Below are positions 23,708 through 33,623 of a stretch of 64,000 nucleotides of DNA, piece after piece. This DNA is from an uncultured Acidobacteriota bacterium (GTDB lineage Bacteria; Acidobacteriota; UBA6911): contig CAWJKZ010000024.1 of NCBI GenBank assembly GCA_963843575.1, forward strand, positions 32,001 to 96,000, read 5' to 3'. The number at the start of each line of letters is the position of its first letter. Position 1 is the first letter of the stretch. The notes below the pieces were generated by a model that worked only from the letters and a program-made list of their open reading frames with translations, did not search any database and was not told where the DNA came from. The position numbers and the translations under genes were made by a program.

Positions 23708-25798
23708 TCAGGGCCTGATTGCCGACACCTGCGCGACAGAGTTGCCGATGGTTGCGGGTTCCGGGGAGGGTTCCTTCGCCCGGGCGGCATTGACGCGGGC
23801 GAAGGTCACGCTGCAGGAGGCTCCTCCGGCAATTGTAGTGCCTGCCGCAGGCACCTGGAAGACCGCAAATCCTGAACCGCTCGACTGGAGCCGGATCCCG
23901 AGTTCGAGGCAGCGATCGAGCACCTGCCGTTTGGCCATGCCGCGGAAGTCGGGCAAGACCACGCCGCCGGTCGACACCCGCACGACGCGTTCGTCCTCCT
24001 GGGACGGGACACCGTTGACGGATCCCCCGGGGGCCTGCAGCGGCGTAGCGTTCGGGATGTAGTCTTCCAGACTGGCGAGCGTCAACTTGCGGTCGAGTTG
24101 CGGCAGCGGCAACGTCTGGTCCGTCGGGACCTGAAGCCGCATCAGCGCCTGCTGTGCGATGCGGGCGAAAACAGGCGCGGACACGTCGCCGCCGTAGATC
24201 CTCCCGCTCGGCTCGTCCAGCTGCACCAGGATGGTGATTCGGGGCGCCGGCAGCGGTGCGAAACCTATGAACGACGCTACGTATTTCGTGTCCGAATACC
24301 GCCCGGCGACGATCTTCTGCGCGGTGCCGGTCTTGCCGGCGGCCCGGTATCCCTGCAGGGCCGCCTTGCGCCCCGTGCCGCGGAGCACCACCCCCTCGAA
24401 CGCCTCGCGCACCGCCGCTGCCGTCTCCGTGCTCATGATGCGGGTGCGCTCCGGCGTCTTGATGCGCACGAGGTCCCCGTCCTGGTCGATGACGCGATCG
24501 ACGAGCGAGGGGCGGGTGCGGTAGCCGCCGTTGGCGATGGCGTTGATGGCGCACAGGATTTGAAGGGACGTGACGCCGACTTCCTGGCCGAAAGAGATGG
24601 CGCCGATGGACAGCCCGGACCAGTCGTGCCAGTCGCGCACTAGCCCGACGCCCTCGGCAGGCAGGTCGATCTCGGTGGGCGAGCCGAACCCGAAGGTGCG
24701 CAGAGCCTCGTAGAGCCGCTGCTCTCCGAGCCGCAGGCCCAGCTTCGCCGCGCCCACGTTGGACGAGTGCTCCAGCACCTCGTTGAATCTCAGGAGACCG
24801 TAGGGTTTGTGGTCGTGGAAAACGTGGCCGCCGATCCTGATGGACCCCATCTGACAGTCGATCAACTCGTCAGCCCGGGTCAGCCCGGCCTCCAGCGCCG
24901 CGGTCGCCACCACCACTTTGAACGTCGAGCCGGGCTCGAAGAAATCGGACACCGCGCGGTTCCTCAACCGCTCCACCGGATACTCGTTGTAAGCGTTGCT
25001 GTTGAAATCGGGGTAGTTGGCCAGCGCGAGAACCCTTCCGGTGTCGGATTCGAGCACGATGGCCACGCCCGCCTGGGCTTTGACCTCTTGAACCCCCGCG
25101 GCCAGTTCACGCTCGGCGATGTGCTGGATCGAGCGGTCGAGGCTCAGGACGAGGGAGTGACCCTGCGCCGGCGCTTTTTCCACGCGTCCCCTGAAGGACT
25201 TGCGGCGGGCGTCCACCTCAAACGAGATCTGCCCTTCCTCTCCCTTGAGCTCCCTGTCGTATTCCTGCTCGAGCCCCGCCCCGCCGTCGCCGTTCATGTT
25301 CACGAAACCGAGGGTCTGTGAAGCGAGGTTCCGGTTGGGGTAAACGCGCATGCTCTCCGGCACGAGATAGACCCCGTCGAGCTTGAGGTTCTCGATGCGC
25401 GCCTCGGTCTTGGGATCGACCCTGCGCTTCACGAACAGGAAGCTCTTTCGACTCGGGTCCGACATCCGGGCCTGTAGTTCCTGCGGGTTGAGTTCCAGGA
25501 TCGACGAGAGGTTGCGCACGGCGCTGGAGAGGTTCCGGATCCGGCGCGGCTCGGCCGCCACCGTGCTCACCGTGATGCTGGTGGCGAGCTCGTCCATGTG
25601 GCTGTCGTAAATCACCCCGCGTGGCGCCAGCACGGCGCGCGTGACCTGCTGTTTTTCCAGCGCCCGCTGGACGAACACCTGGTGCTGGAATACCTGGAGA
25701 TGGACAAGGCGGGCCGAGATGACAACGCCCCAGAGGGTGATAGAGCCTATCACCAGTAATACTCTGCTGGCATAGGGGCGGTTCCCGCTCTCAGGCAT
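23708..25798 (-). CDS. ftsI: Class B PBP (FtsI/PBP3) with C-terminal PASTA-like domain
   Basis: EPGSTFK (SxxK), SSN, KTGTAQ; tail LPDFRGM...GSGFAVFQVP. Confidence 0.92.
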   Translation of the reverse strand: MPESGNRPYASRVLLVIGSITLWGVVISARLVHLQVFQHQVFVQRALEKQQVTRAVLAPRGVIYDSHMDELATSITVSTVAAEPRRIRNLSSAVRNLSSILELNPQELQARMSDPSRKSFLFVKRRVDPKTEARIENLKLDGVYLVPESMRVYPNRNLASQTLGFVNMNGDGGAGLEQEYDRELKGEEGQISFEVDARRKSFRGRVEKAPAQGHSLVLSLDRSIQHIAERELAAGVQEVKAQAGVAIVLESDTGRVLALANYPDFNSNAYNEYPVERLRNRAVSDFFEPGSTFKVVVATAALEAGLTRADELIDCQMGSIRIGGHVFHDHKPYGLLRFNEVLEHSSNVGAAKLGLRLGEQRLYEALRTFGFGSPTEIDLPAEGVGLVRDWHDWSGLSIGAISFGQEVGVTSLQILCAINAIANGGYRTRPSLVDRVIDQDGDLVRIKTPERTRIMSTETAAAVREAFEGVVLRGTGRKAALQGYRAAGKTGTAQKIVAGRYSDTKYVASFIGFAPLPAPRITILVQLDEPSGRIYGGDVSAPVFARIAQQALMRLQVPTDQTLPLPQLDRKLTLASLEDYIPNATPLQAPGGSVNGVPSQEDERVVRVSTGGVVLPDFRGMAKRQVLDRCLELGIRLQSSGSGFAVFQVPAAGTTIAGGASCSVTFARVNAARAKEPSPEPATIGNSVAQVSAIRP

Positions 25799-25800
25799 CG

Positions 25801-26220
25801 TCAGTTTGTCGCGGAGAATCTCTTCGATTCGGGCGAACCTTGGGAAGGGCCAGCCATGGCGAGGGTGGTGGCGAATTCGTTGTCCTGCCACTGTGCCGCG
25901 ATCACCTGGCCCGGCTGCACCGGGACCATCCTGAGATCGTTGCGCGCTATGGTGTCGATGCGGTCCAGGTTTTTAAGGGTCTGCTCCTCGAGCACCAGTT
26001 GCCGCTCGGAGAGCAGCAGCCCGGCTTCCTGCTCCTGGAGCATCTGCTCCGCATACCCCTGGTTGACCATCTGGTTGCGGACCCAGGAATAGAACAAGAG
26101 CACCCCGGCTATCACGACCATGGACGAAACGATCCATGTCGTCTCCTTCACGCTGCGCGCGTCGGGCGCGCGTCGGATCCCGTAATTGCGGACCTGAACT
26201 CCTGCTGCCCAATCCACCAT
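25801..26220 (-). CDS. ftsL: Cell division protein FtsL
   Basis: Single TM plus coiled coil, RIDTIARNDLRM; lies between rsmH and ftsI. Confidence 0.8.
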   Translation of the reverse strand: MVDWAAGVQVRNYGIRRAPDARSVKETTWIVSSMVVIAGVLLFYSWVRNQMVNQGYAEQMLQEQEAGLLLSERQLVLEEQTLKNLDRIDTIARNDLRMVPVQPGQVIAAQWQDNEFATTLAMAGPSQGSPESKRFSATN

Positions 26221-26232
26221 GGTACTCCCCTC

Positions 26233-27189
26233 CTAACCTGCAACCCGTTCGATACCGCGCAGGCGGGCGCTCCGGGCACGGGGGTTGCCCGCCACCTCCG
26301 ACGCACCCGGTTTGAGGGCGCGCGAAGTCAGCAGCCGGCCCTGCTCCCGCCTGGGGCACAGACACAGCTCCGGGGGCCGCTCGCAGACGCATTGCCCCGA
26401 GAGCATCCGGAACGAGTGCTTCACGATGCGGTCTTCGAGCGAATGGAATGCGATGACGACCAACCTTCCGCCCGGCTTGAGAAACGTCAGCGCTTCGGCC
26501 AGAAAACCGTCCAGACCGTCCAGCTCCTGGTTTACCGCGATCCGAAGCGCCTGAAACGTGCGGGTCGCGGGGTGCACGCCGGGGATGCTACGCACCCGCA
26601 CCGCGCGGCTCACAATCCCGGCCAGCTGCGCGCATCGGGTGATCGGTGCCTGCTCGCGCGCGGCGACGATCGCCGAGGCGATCCGGCGGGACAAACGCTC
26701 TTCCCCGTACTGGTAAATGATGTCGGCGAGCTCCTCCTGCCCCAGCTCGTTGACCAGGTGAGCCGCCGTGATCCGCTGGCTGCGGTCCATCCGCATGTCC
26801 AGCATCGCGTCGCTCTGAAAACTAAAGCCGCGCTCCGGCGACAGCAATTGGTACGAAGACACGCCGAGGTCCAGGAGTATCCCGTCCACCGCCCGGGCGC
26901 CGAGGTTGTTCAGCACCAGCGGCAGGTTCTTGAAGTTGTCGTGCACGAGACGGACGGAGGTGCCGAAGGGCGCCAATCGCGCCATCGCGCGGTCGAGCGA
27001 TTCGCGGTCCCGGTCCAACCCGATGAGCAGGCCGCCCGGCCGGATCCGCTGCAGGACCGCCTCGGCATGGCCCCCGAGCCCGACCGTGCCGTCGACGTAG
27101 ATCCCCCCGGGCCTGCAACTCAGCAGGTCCAGGACCTGCTCGAGCATGACGGGCTGATGTTCGATCGCGCTGTCCGAGGGCGTCTCCAT
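26233..27189 (-). CDS. rsmH: 16S rRNA m4C1402 methyltransferase
   Basis: HQPVML, DGTVGLGGH, DLGVSSYQL, HPATRTFQALRIAVN, FHSLEDR, NPRARSARLR. Confidence 0.96.
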   Translation of the reverse strand: METPSDSAIEHQPVMLEQVLDLLSCRPGGIYVDGTVGLGGHAEAVLQRIRPGGLLIGLDRDRESLDRAMARLAPFGTSVRLVHDNFKNLPLVLNNLGARAVDGILLDLGVSSYQLLSPERGFSFQSDAMLDMRMDRSQRITAAHLVNELGQEELADIIYQYGEERLSRRIASAIVAAREQAPITRCAQLAGIVSRAVRVRSIPGVHPATRTFQALRIAVNQELDGLDGFLAEALTFLKPGGRLVVIAFHSLEDRIVKHSFRMLSGQCVCERPPELCLCPRREQGRLLTSRALKPGASEVAGNPRARSARLRGIERVAG

Positions 27190-27241
27190 GGTCCGCAATT
27201 TTGCTATCGCTTTCAACGTTGCTCCCCAACCCCGGCGCGCT

Positions 27242-27682
27242 TCAGAATCCCTGGTCCGCCAGCCGCTCTCGGTCCGCATCCGTCAGCGGCGCTTCCTTGA
27301 GACTCTGCCGGATGACCTCGTTGTTCCAGACTTCGAGGTGATCGTTCTTGCCCATGACGATCACGTCGCCCGAGATCTGCGCGTCTTCGCGAAGGGATTG
27401 GGGTATCAAAATCCTCCCCTGCGGGTCCATCTGGGTCAGAATTCCGTAGTAGCTCGTAAACTTCTGCAGCTTCTGCTTTGCCGGGTCCATTCGCGGCGTT
27501 TCCAGGAACTTCTGAGCCACGCGCTCCCATATAGGTATAGGATAGATCTGGGCGCACTTGCCGTCGTCGCTCGTGACGTAGTACATGTTCTCTTCGGTGT
27601 CGGGAAGATCGCGGCGGAACTTGGCCGGGATTTTCAACCGGTACTTTTCATCGATTTTTGCGGGATAGCTGCCCCAAAGCAT
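27242..27682 (-). CDS. mraZ: Transcriptional regulator MraZ
   Basis: IDEKYRL and DPQGRI repeats, LEVW; first gene of the dcw cluster. Confidence 0.9.
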   Translation of the reverse strand: MLWGSYPAKIDEKYRLKIPAKFRRDLPDTEENMYYVTSDDGKCAQIYPIPIWERVAQKFLETPRMDPAKQKLQKFTSYYGILTQMDPQGRILIPQSLREDAQISGDVIVMGKNDHLEVWNNEVIRQSLKEAPLTDADRERLADQGF

Positions 27683-27742
27683 ATGTCGCGACCGAACTTA
27701 CGCTGGGAAACTTCCTAAAACCGGAGAAGAAGCCTAAAGACG

Positions 27743-27778
27743 GACTACAAATTACCACTGCACTCCACTTTTGACCTC
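27743..27778 (-). promoter_or_regulatory. Putative MraZ-binding direct repeats (10-nt period)
   Basis: Minus strand GAGGTC-aaaa-GTGGAG-tgca-GTGGTA-attt-GTAGTC just downstream of the promoter; resembles known GTGG(A/T)G MraZ boxes. Confidence 0.7.
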
Positions 27779-27784
27779 GCCGGC

Positions 27785-27813
27785 AGTCTAGGACGGTTGG
27801 TTTGCCCTGTCAA
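27785..27813 (-). promoter_or_regulatory. Sigma70-type promoter of the dcw cluster
   Basis: TTGACA-17 nt-TAGACT on the minus strand upstream of mraZ. Confidence 0.75.
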
Positions 27814-28075
27814 GCAAATCTTTGGGATCGTTAGGAGTTCGGGCAGTCCGTGGATCTTGTTTTGTTGCAGCAATCGGGGTGCAGTGCCCCCTGCGAGGCG
27901 CGCCCCTGTGGTCGACATGCCCCGCTTGGCGCCAAAACTAAGCGCGGCGGTGCGGCGCGGCCGGGCCGCGGTCGCATTAAATAGGGTTGCCCTGACTTGG
28001 CTGACGTCGTCGCGGAGGCGTTTTAGGGCGGCTATGCTAATATGTTCCCCTTTTTAGCGCAGGGAGGGTTGGTCC

Positions 28076-29185
28076 GTGAGGGTCGGGATCGTCGGGTTGC
28101 CCCAGGTGGGGAAGACAACTATCTTCAATCTTCTGACTCGCGGCGACGTGGATGTGTCGTCCTGGGGCGGCAAGAGCGAAGCACACATCGGGGTCGCCGA
28201 AGTCCCCGATGCCCGCCTGGACGAATTGACTCGCGTGTTTCGCCCGCGCAAGACGGTGTACGCCACCGTGGAGTACGTCGACCTGCCCGGACTGGCGCGC
28301 GGCGAGGGGAAGGCGGCGCTGCAGGGGCAGGCGCGTGACATGAGCGCGTACCTCAACAACCTGAAAAACGTCGACGCGCTCCTGCACGTGGTCCGGGCCT
28401 TCGATGATCCGGCGCTGCCTCACCCGGAGGGCTCGGTCGACCCGGCGCGCGACATCGGGCTCTTCGAACTCGAAATGATCTTCTCGGACCTGGCCGTCGT
28501 CGAGAAGCGCCTCGAGCGCCTCGCCAAGGACCTGAAGAAGGCTAAGAGCGCGGATCTGGAGCTCGAGCATTCCGTGCTTCTGAGGTTTCGCGGGGCGCTC
28601 GAGCAGGAACGGCCGCTGCGGGAACTCGAGCTGTCCGCGGAGGAGGAGAAGCGCGTCAAGGGCTTCACGTTCCTGTCGGCCAAGCCGGTTCTGCAACTGG
28701 TCAACCTCGGGGACGGAGACACGGCCAAGGTTCACCGGGTGGTCGAGGAATGCGGGCTGCGGGAACGGGCGGCGAAGCCCAACGTGAGGATCACGGCTGT
28801 CTGCGGCAAGATCGAAGCGGAGATCGCATCGCTCCCTCCCGAGGATGCCCGCATGTTCATGGCGGATCTCGGGCTGGGCGAGAGCGGCTTGGCGCGGGTC
28901 ATCCAGGAATCGTATGCCCTGCTGGGTTTGGTGTCCTTCTTCACGGCGGGCGAGCCGGAGGTACGGGCCTGGACTATCCCGCGGAACACCACGGCACAGC
29001 GCGCCGCCGGGGTCATCCACACCGACATCGAGAAGGGCTTCATAAAGGCCGAGGTCGTCTCCTATCCTGAACTGGTTCAGCTCGGCTCGTTTCAGGTCGC
29101 CAAGAACAAAGGCGTGCTCCGTCTCGAGGGCAAGGACTACCTGGTGCAGGAAGCCGACGTCATCCTCTTCCGCTTCAACGTGTGA
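28076..29185 (+). CDS. ychF: Ribosome-binding ATPase YchF
   Basis: GIVGLPQVGKTT, VPDARL, DLPGL, FFTAGEPEVRAW, AAGVIHTD, RLEGKDY, FRFNV. Confidence 0.95.
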   Translation: MRVGIVGLPQVGKTTIFNLLTRGDVDVSSWGGKSEAHIGVAEVPDARLDELTRVFRPRKTVYATVEYVDLPGLARGEGKAALQGQARDMSAYLNNLKNVDALLHVVRAFDDPALPHPEGSVDPARDIGLFELEMIFSDLAVVEKRLERLAKDLKKAKSADLELEHSVLLRFRGALEQERPLRELELSAEEEKRVKGFTFLSAKPVLQLVNLGDGDTAKVHRVVEECGLRERAAKPNVRITAVCGKIEAEIASLPPEDARMFMADLGLGESGLARVIQESYALLGLVSFFTAGEPEVRAWTIPRNTTAQRAAGVIHTDIEKGFIKAEVVSYPELVQLGSFQVAKNKGVLRLEGKDYLVQEADVILFRFNV

Positions 29186-29266
29186 TCGGCGTCGTCGCCG
29201 GAGGCGCTCCGGCGGCTTGGGTGTTGTCGGAGGTGGATTTCTCAGTGCTCCCGCGGCCTTGTGCCG

Positions 29267-30016
29267 ATGGAAACGCCAATGTCAGAACGGTTCCCGATTC
29301 TACTGCTGCTCGGGCTCGTGGCTTCGTTCGCCAACGTGATCGGCGGGTGGATAGTCTCCTCCCGCGCGGATATCCGGCGGACGGTCCTGAACGCGCTCAT
29401 TTCGCTGGGTGCGGGTTTCATGCTCACGGCCTGCATCGTAGAGGTGATGCCGCGCAGCATCAAGGCCAGCGAAAACGCGGCGGTCATCATCCTGGCGGGT
29501 TACCTGTTTGTGCACCTGGTGGAGCACACGATCGCGACCCACTTCCACTTTGGCGAGGAGACGCATTCCGACCACGTGCTGGACGCCCGCACAGCCTACT
29601 CTGCGCTCTCGGGGCTCGTGCTGCACGCCTTTTTCGACGGGGCGCTCATCGCGGCGGGTTTCTGGATCTCGATGCGGCTGGGTTTGCTGATGTTCCTCGC
29701 GATCATCTTCCACAAGATACCCGAGGGCTTCACGGCGGCGAGCATCATGCGCGCCTCGGGCCGGAGGAAACTCGAGGTCAACATCGCGACGGCAGCCATC
29801 AGCGTCAGCACGCTCGCCGGGGTGCTGAGCATCGGGTTCAACGGCGACTTCGCCCGCAACGCCCTTCCTTTCAGCGCCGGCGTCACGCTGTATGTGGCGG
29901 CGTCGGACCTGATCCCGGAAGTCAACAAAGAATGGGGCGGTACGGTCTCGATTGGGGTATTCTTGGGCGTCGTTTTCTTTTTTCTCTCAGAGACGTTCCT
30001 CAGCCGGTTTCTATAG
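29267..30016 (+). CDS. ZIP family divalent metal transporter
   Basis: His-rich loop HFHFGEETHSDH, HAFFDG, HKIPEG, DLIPE; multiple TM segments. Confidence 0.9.
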   Translation: METPMSERFPILLLLGLVASFANVIGGWIVSSRADIRRTVLNALISLGAGFMLTACIVEVMPRSIKASENAAVIILAGYLFVHLVEHTIATHFHFGEETHSDHVLDARTAYSALSGLVLHAFFDGALIAAGFWISMRLGLLMFLAIIFHKIPEGFTAASIMRASGRRKLEVNIATAAISVSTLAGVLSIGFNGDFARNALPFSAGVTLYVAASDLIPEVNKEWGGTVSIGVFLGVVFFFLSETFLSRFL

Positions 30017-30196
30017 CGAGGCCGTGAAAACTGCGGTCCCTTCGGGCATCTATGATGCCGAGGCAAGCTCCTTCCGGCTCGGCCGCCGCTACGGGCGGGC
30101 GCGGAACCCGGACAGGCGCGGCCTTCCGACCCTCCGACCGGACCTGGATTGACGCCGGATACCGCAGTCGAAGCGTCCGGCGGGCCGTTTGAACAG

Positions 30197-32944
30197 ATGC
30201 CAAAGCTTCGACACTTCCTTGCGGTCTCTTTCCTTCTGGGATCTGCCACGATCCGCGCCGAGGCACCTCAGTCCGGCCCGGGGCTGGAGTTCTTCGGCCG
30301 GCCGGTGCGGGCTGTAGAATACGTCGCGGACCAGCCGTTGGAGCGCTCCCACCTGGATCCGGTCGTCTCGCTGCCGCCGGGCCTGCTGCTGACCAGAAGT
30401 TCGGTCAAGCAGGCGATCCAGGCGCTGTACGACACCGGGCGGTTTTCAGGGATTTCGGTGGAGGCTGTTGCGGAGGGCGAGGGGGTGGTGCTGCGGTTCA
30501 ATCTCACCCTCAACTACTACTTCAACAGGTTCTCGCTCGAGGGGGACGTCCGGCTCGGCCGCCGCTCGCTCTGGGAGCTGTTGTCCTTGCCGGTGGGCGA
30601 GCGTTTTACCAGCGGGAAACTGGAGGAAACGCGCCGGGCGGTCCTCAAGCTCATGCAGGACCGGGGTTATCTTCTGGCCGAGATCGACGCGCGCACGACC
30701 TCGGATCCCCGCACTCGGCAGGTGGACACTGTATTCGTCGTCAGGCCGGGTGGCGCGACGACGGTGCGTGCGCTCGACGTCCTGGGGGTCCCCGACATCT
30801 CCGCCCGCGAAATCGGGAAGCGGGTCGGCTTCCGCGAGGGGAGCATTTACGATCGGCAGCGGCTGCGCAGGCGCCTCGAGTCGCTCAAGCAGTATTTCGT
30901 CAGGAGCGGCTATCTGGCCGCGACGGCCGAAATCGGCGAGGACTTCAGGCCCTCGGACAACACGGTCGGGGTGACGCTCAGCGTGGCGAATTTCGGCCGG
31001 GTGCGGGTGGCGGTCGATGGGTTCAAGATCGAGAAGGACCGTCTGAGGCGCCTTCTCCCGATTCTCACGGGGGAAGGGCTGCAACCCGATCTGCTGGAAG
31101 AGGGAGCCCGCAACATCAAAGAGTACGTCGAGGAGCGGGGCTACCCGGAGGCCAAAGTCGGGTATCAGGACGAACTGGACAAATCCGGCGGGCGGGTGCT
31201 GCACTATCGTATCGAGCCGGGCCGCCGGGTGACGGTGGCCTATGTCGGATTCCGGGGCAACCGTGCGATTTCCGAGCAGGAGCTCCTGGGGACGATTCAG
31301 ATCCAGCCCTCGCGTTTCCTGCAGCCATCCGCTTACAGCGCGACCAGGCTGGATGCCGACGTCGCTGCGCTTCACGCGTTGTACCAGTCCCGCGGTTATC
31401 TCGGGGCGGTGATCGTCCCGCTGATCGAACCGGTCAAAGGCGCCCAGAAGCTCCGCATCATCTTCGAGTGTGACGAGGGGCCGCTGTCGCGGACGAAGTC
31501 GCTCCAGCTGACGGGCAATGCGGGTCTCTCCACAGGGACCCTCGAGTCCAGCCTGGCGTTGAGGGTTGGTGCCCCCTACTCGCCCTACCTCGCGGAGCGT
31601 GACCGGCAGGCGCTGCAGGCGGCCTACAACGATGCCGGCTTCCTCCAAGCGCGCGTCAACTCCCGCCCCGGGGCCCCCGACGAACACCACGCGCATCCCG
31701 TGGTGTTCGACATCCAGGAGGGAATCCGCTCCTACGTCGCGCAGGTGGTTATTCTCGGTAACGAACGCACCAGACGCTCCGTGATCGAACACCGCGTGAC
31801 GCTCAAGCCGGACGAGCCGCTGAGCCTTGGGAAGATGCTGCAGAGCCAGCAGGCGCTGCACAACCTGGGTATTTTCGACCTGGTGCGGGTGTCGCCGCAG
31901 AACCCGGAAGGAGTCGCCCCGTTTCAGAACGTGGTCGTCCGCGTTCAGGAGAGCAAGCAGCTGACGCTGCGCTACGGGGCGGGGTACCAGGAGCGAGAGC
32001 GCTTCCGCGGGACGGTCGAGCTGAGCGATTTCAACATTTTCGGCACGGGCCAGCGCGCCGACCTGCGGGTCCGGGGCAGCAGGATCGAGCAGGGCGCCGC
32101 CCTCACTTTTCAGCAGCCGCAGATCCGGTTCCTGCCGGTGAATTCGTACTTCACGGCCTCGCTCCGCAAGAAGCGAGAGGTGAGTTTCGACGTCACCCGC
32201 GGGAATCTGTCTTACCAGTACAGCCGCCCGCTCGGGGGGCACACCTGGGCCCTCCTCCGCTACAGCTACAACAACGTGCGGGTCTCCACCACGGACATCC
32301 CGGCGCCGGATCGCGAGAACCAGCCGCGGAACATTTCGACGTTCTCATTCATCTATGTCAACGACACGAGGGACAATTACCTCGACCCGGAAAAGGGCTT
32401 CTTTACCTCCACCGACCTGGGGCTGACCCCGAAGTGGCTCTCTCAGCGCAGCTACCTCACGCTGTACACCCAGAACGGCTATTACCGCAGGCTCGCCCGC
32501 TCGCTTCTGCTGGCGGCGGGGCTGAAGATCGGGGCGGCGCGTTCGCTCGACTTCATAGCCGAGTTGCCCATCAGCGAGCGGTTCTTCGCCGGCGGTGGGG
32601 CCAGCCTGCGCGGCTTCGAAACGGACCGGGCCGGTCCACTGTTTCCGGGCACGGACAAACCGCAGGGAGGGAACGCCCTGGTGGTGGGCAACCTCGAGTT
32701 GCGGACCCCTTTGTGGCGGGCGATTCACGTGGCAGGGTTTTACGATTCCGGAAACGTCTTCAGCCGGGTCGGCGACATCCGGTTCGGGGCGTTCAGCCAT
32801 ACCGTCGGCGCCGGGATCCGCATCAAGACGCCGTTCGGGCCGTTGCGCGCCGATTACGGGGTGAACCTGAACCTTCCATCGGCGCTCAGGCTCCAGGGGC
32901 TGAGCCCACGTAACCTGTTCATAACCATCGGACCGCCGTTTTAG
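30197..32944 (+). CDS. Omp85 family (BamA/TamA-like) outer membrane protein with multiple POTRA domains
   Basis: Signal peptide; repeated POTRA patterns (LYDTGRF, GY); FFAGGGASLRGF; TPFGPLRADYG; C-terminal F. Confidence 0.9.
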   Translation: MPKLRHFLAVSFLLGSATIRAEAPQSGPGLEFFGRPVRAVEYVADQPLERSHLDPVVSLPPGLLLTRSSVKQAIQALYDTGRFSGISVEAVAEGEGVVLRFNLTLNYYFNRFSLEGDVRLGRRSLWELLSLPVGERFTSGKLEETRRAVLKLMQDRGYLLAEIDARTTSDPRTRQVDTVFVVRPGGATTVRALDVLGVPDISAREIGKRVGFREGSIYDRQRLRRRLESLKQYFVRSGYLAATAEIGEDFRPSDNTVGVTLSVANFGRVRVAVDGFKIEKDRLRRLLPILTGEGLQPDLLEEGARNIKEYVEERGYPEAKVGYQDELDKSGGRVLHYRIEPGRRVTVAYVGFRGNRAISEQELLGTIQIQPSRFLQPSAYSATRLDADVAALHALYQSRGYLGAVIVPLIEPVKGAQKLRIIFECDEGPLSRTKSLQLTGNAGLSTGTLESSLALRVGAPYSPYLAERDRQALQAAYNDAGFLQARVNSRPGAPDEHHAHPVVFDIQEGIRSYVAQVVILGNERTRRSVIEHRVTLKPDEPLSLGKMLQSQQALHNLGIFDLVRVSPQNPEGVAPFQNVVVRVQESKQLTLRYGAGYQERERFRGTVELSDFNIFGTGQRADLRVRGSRIEQGAALTFQQPQIRFLPVNSYFTASLRKKREVSFDVTRGNLSYQYSRPLGGHTWALLRYSYNNVRVSTTDIPAPDRENQPRNISTFSFIYVNDTRDNYLDPEKGFFTSTDLGLTPKWLSQRSYLTLYTQNGYYRRLARSLLLAAGLKIGAARSLDFIAELPISERFFAGGGASLRGFETDRAGPLFPGTDKPQGGNALVVGNLELRTPLWRAIHVAGFYDSGNVFSRVGDIRFGAFSHTVGAGIRIKTPFGPLRADYGVNLNLPSALRLQGLSPRNLFITIGPPF

Positions 32945-32946
32945 AC

Positions 32947-33623
32947 ATGCGCAAAACCGCCCTGACGTTGTGCCTGATCTTTCTTGCTGCCGCCCACGGG
33001 ACGGCCCGCGCGGCGGAGGAGGTGGACCGTCTGGTGGCGGCCGTCAACGGGAGGATCATCACGGAGGCCGACCTGAAGCTCGCTGCGAACCTGAACGCAC
33101 TGCTGCTGTTCGGGCAGTCCTCCAGCCAGCCGCGCGATCGGGAAGTGCGCCGGCTTGATCGACCTGGAACTCCTCCGCCAGGAACTGGTGAATTTCCCGA
33201 TAGCGCCGGCGGATGAGAAGGGCATCGGGCAGCGCATGGACGAGTTCATGCAGGCCTATGCCGAGCTTGGTGGACTCGCGCCCCTGTTGCGCCGGCTTGG
33301 GCTGCAGCAGGAGGAACTGGAGAGCTATCTGCGACTGCAGGCGTCGATCCTGCGATTCGTCGACCTGAGGTTCCGGCCCTTCACCCCGGATCCCGAGCCG
33401 GCAGAGATCGAAGCCTACTACCGCGAGCATCTCGAGCCTGCACTGCGCGCATCGGGCGCCGCCGGTCCCGCCCGTCGCGGAAGTGTCCGCCAAGATCGCA
33501 GCCATCATCAAGGAGGAGAAGGTCAACGCCGCGCTCGACCAGTGGATCCAGGACGTGCGACGGCACTCGCGTATCGAGCTTTTCGGGGCGGACGAGAACT
33601 CCGCGGCGGAGGCGACAAAGTGA
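32947..33623 (+). CDS. SurA N-terminal-domain-like chaperone, frameshifts near 33150 and 33470
   Basis: Signal peptide, VDRLVAAVNGRIITEADL, LIDLELL, EIEAYY, C-terminal LDQWIQDVRRHSRIE. Confidence 0.7.
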
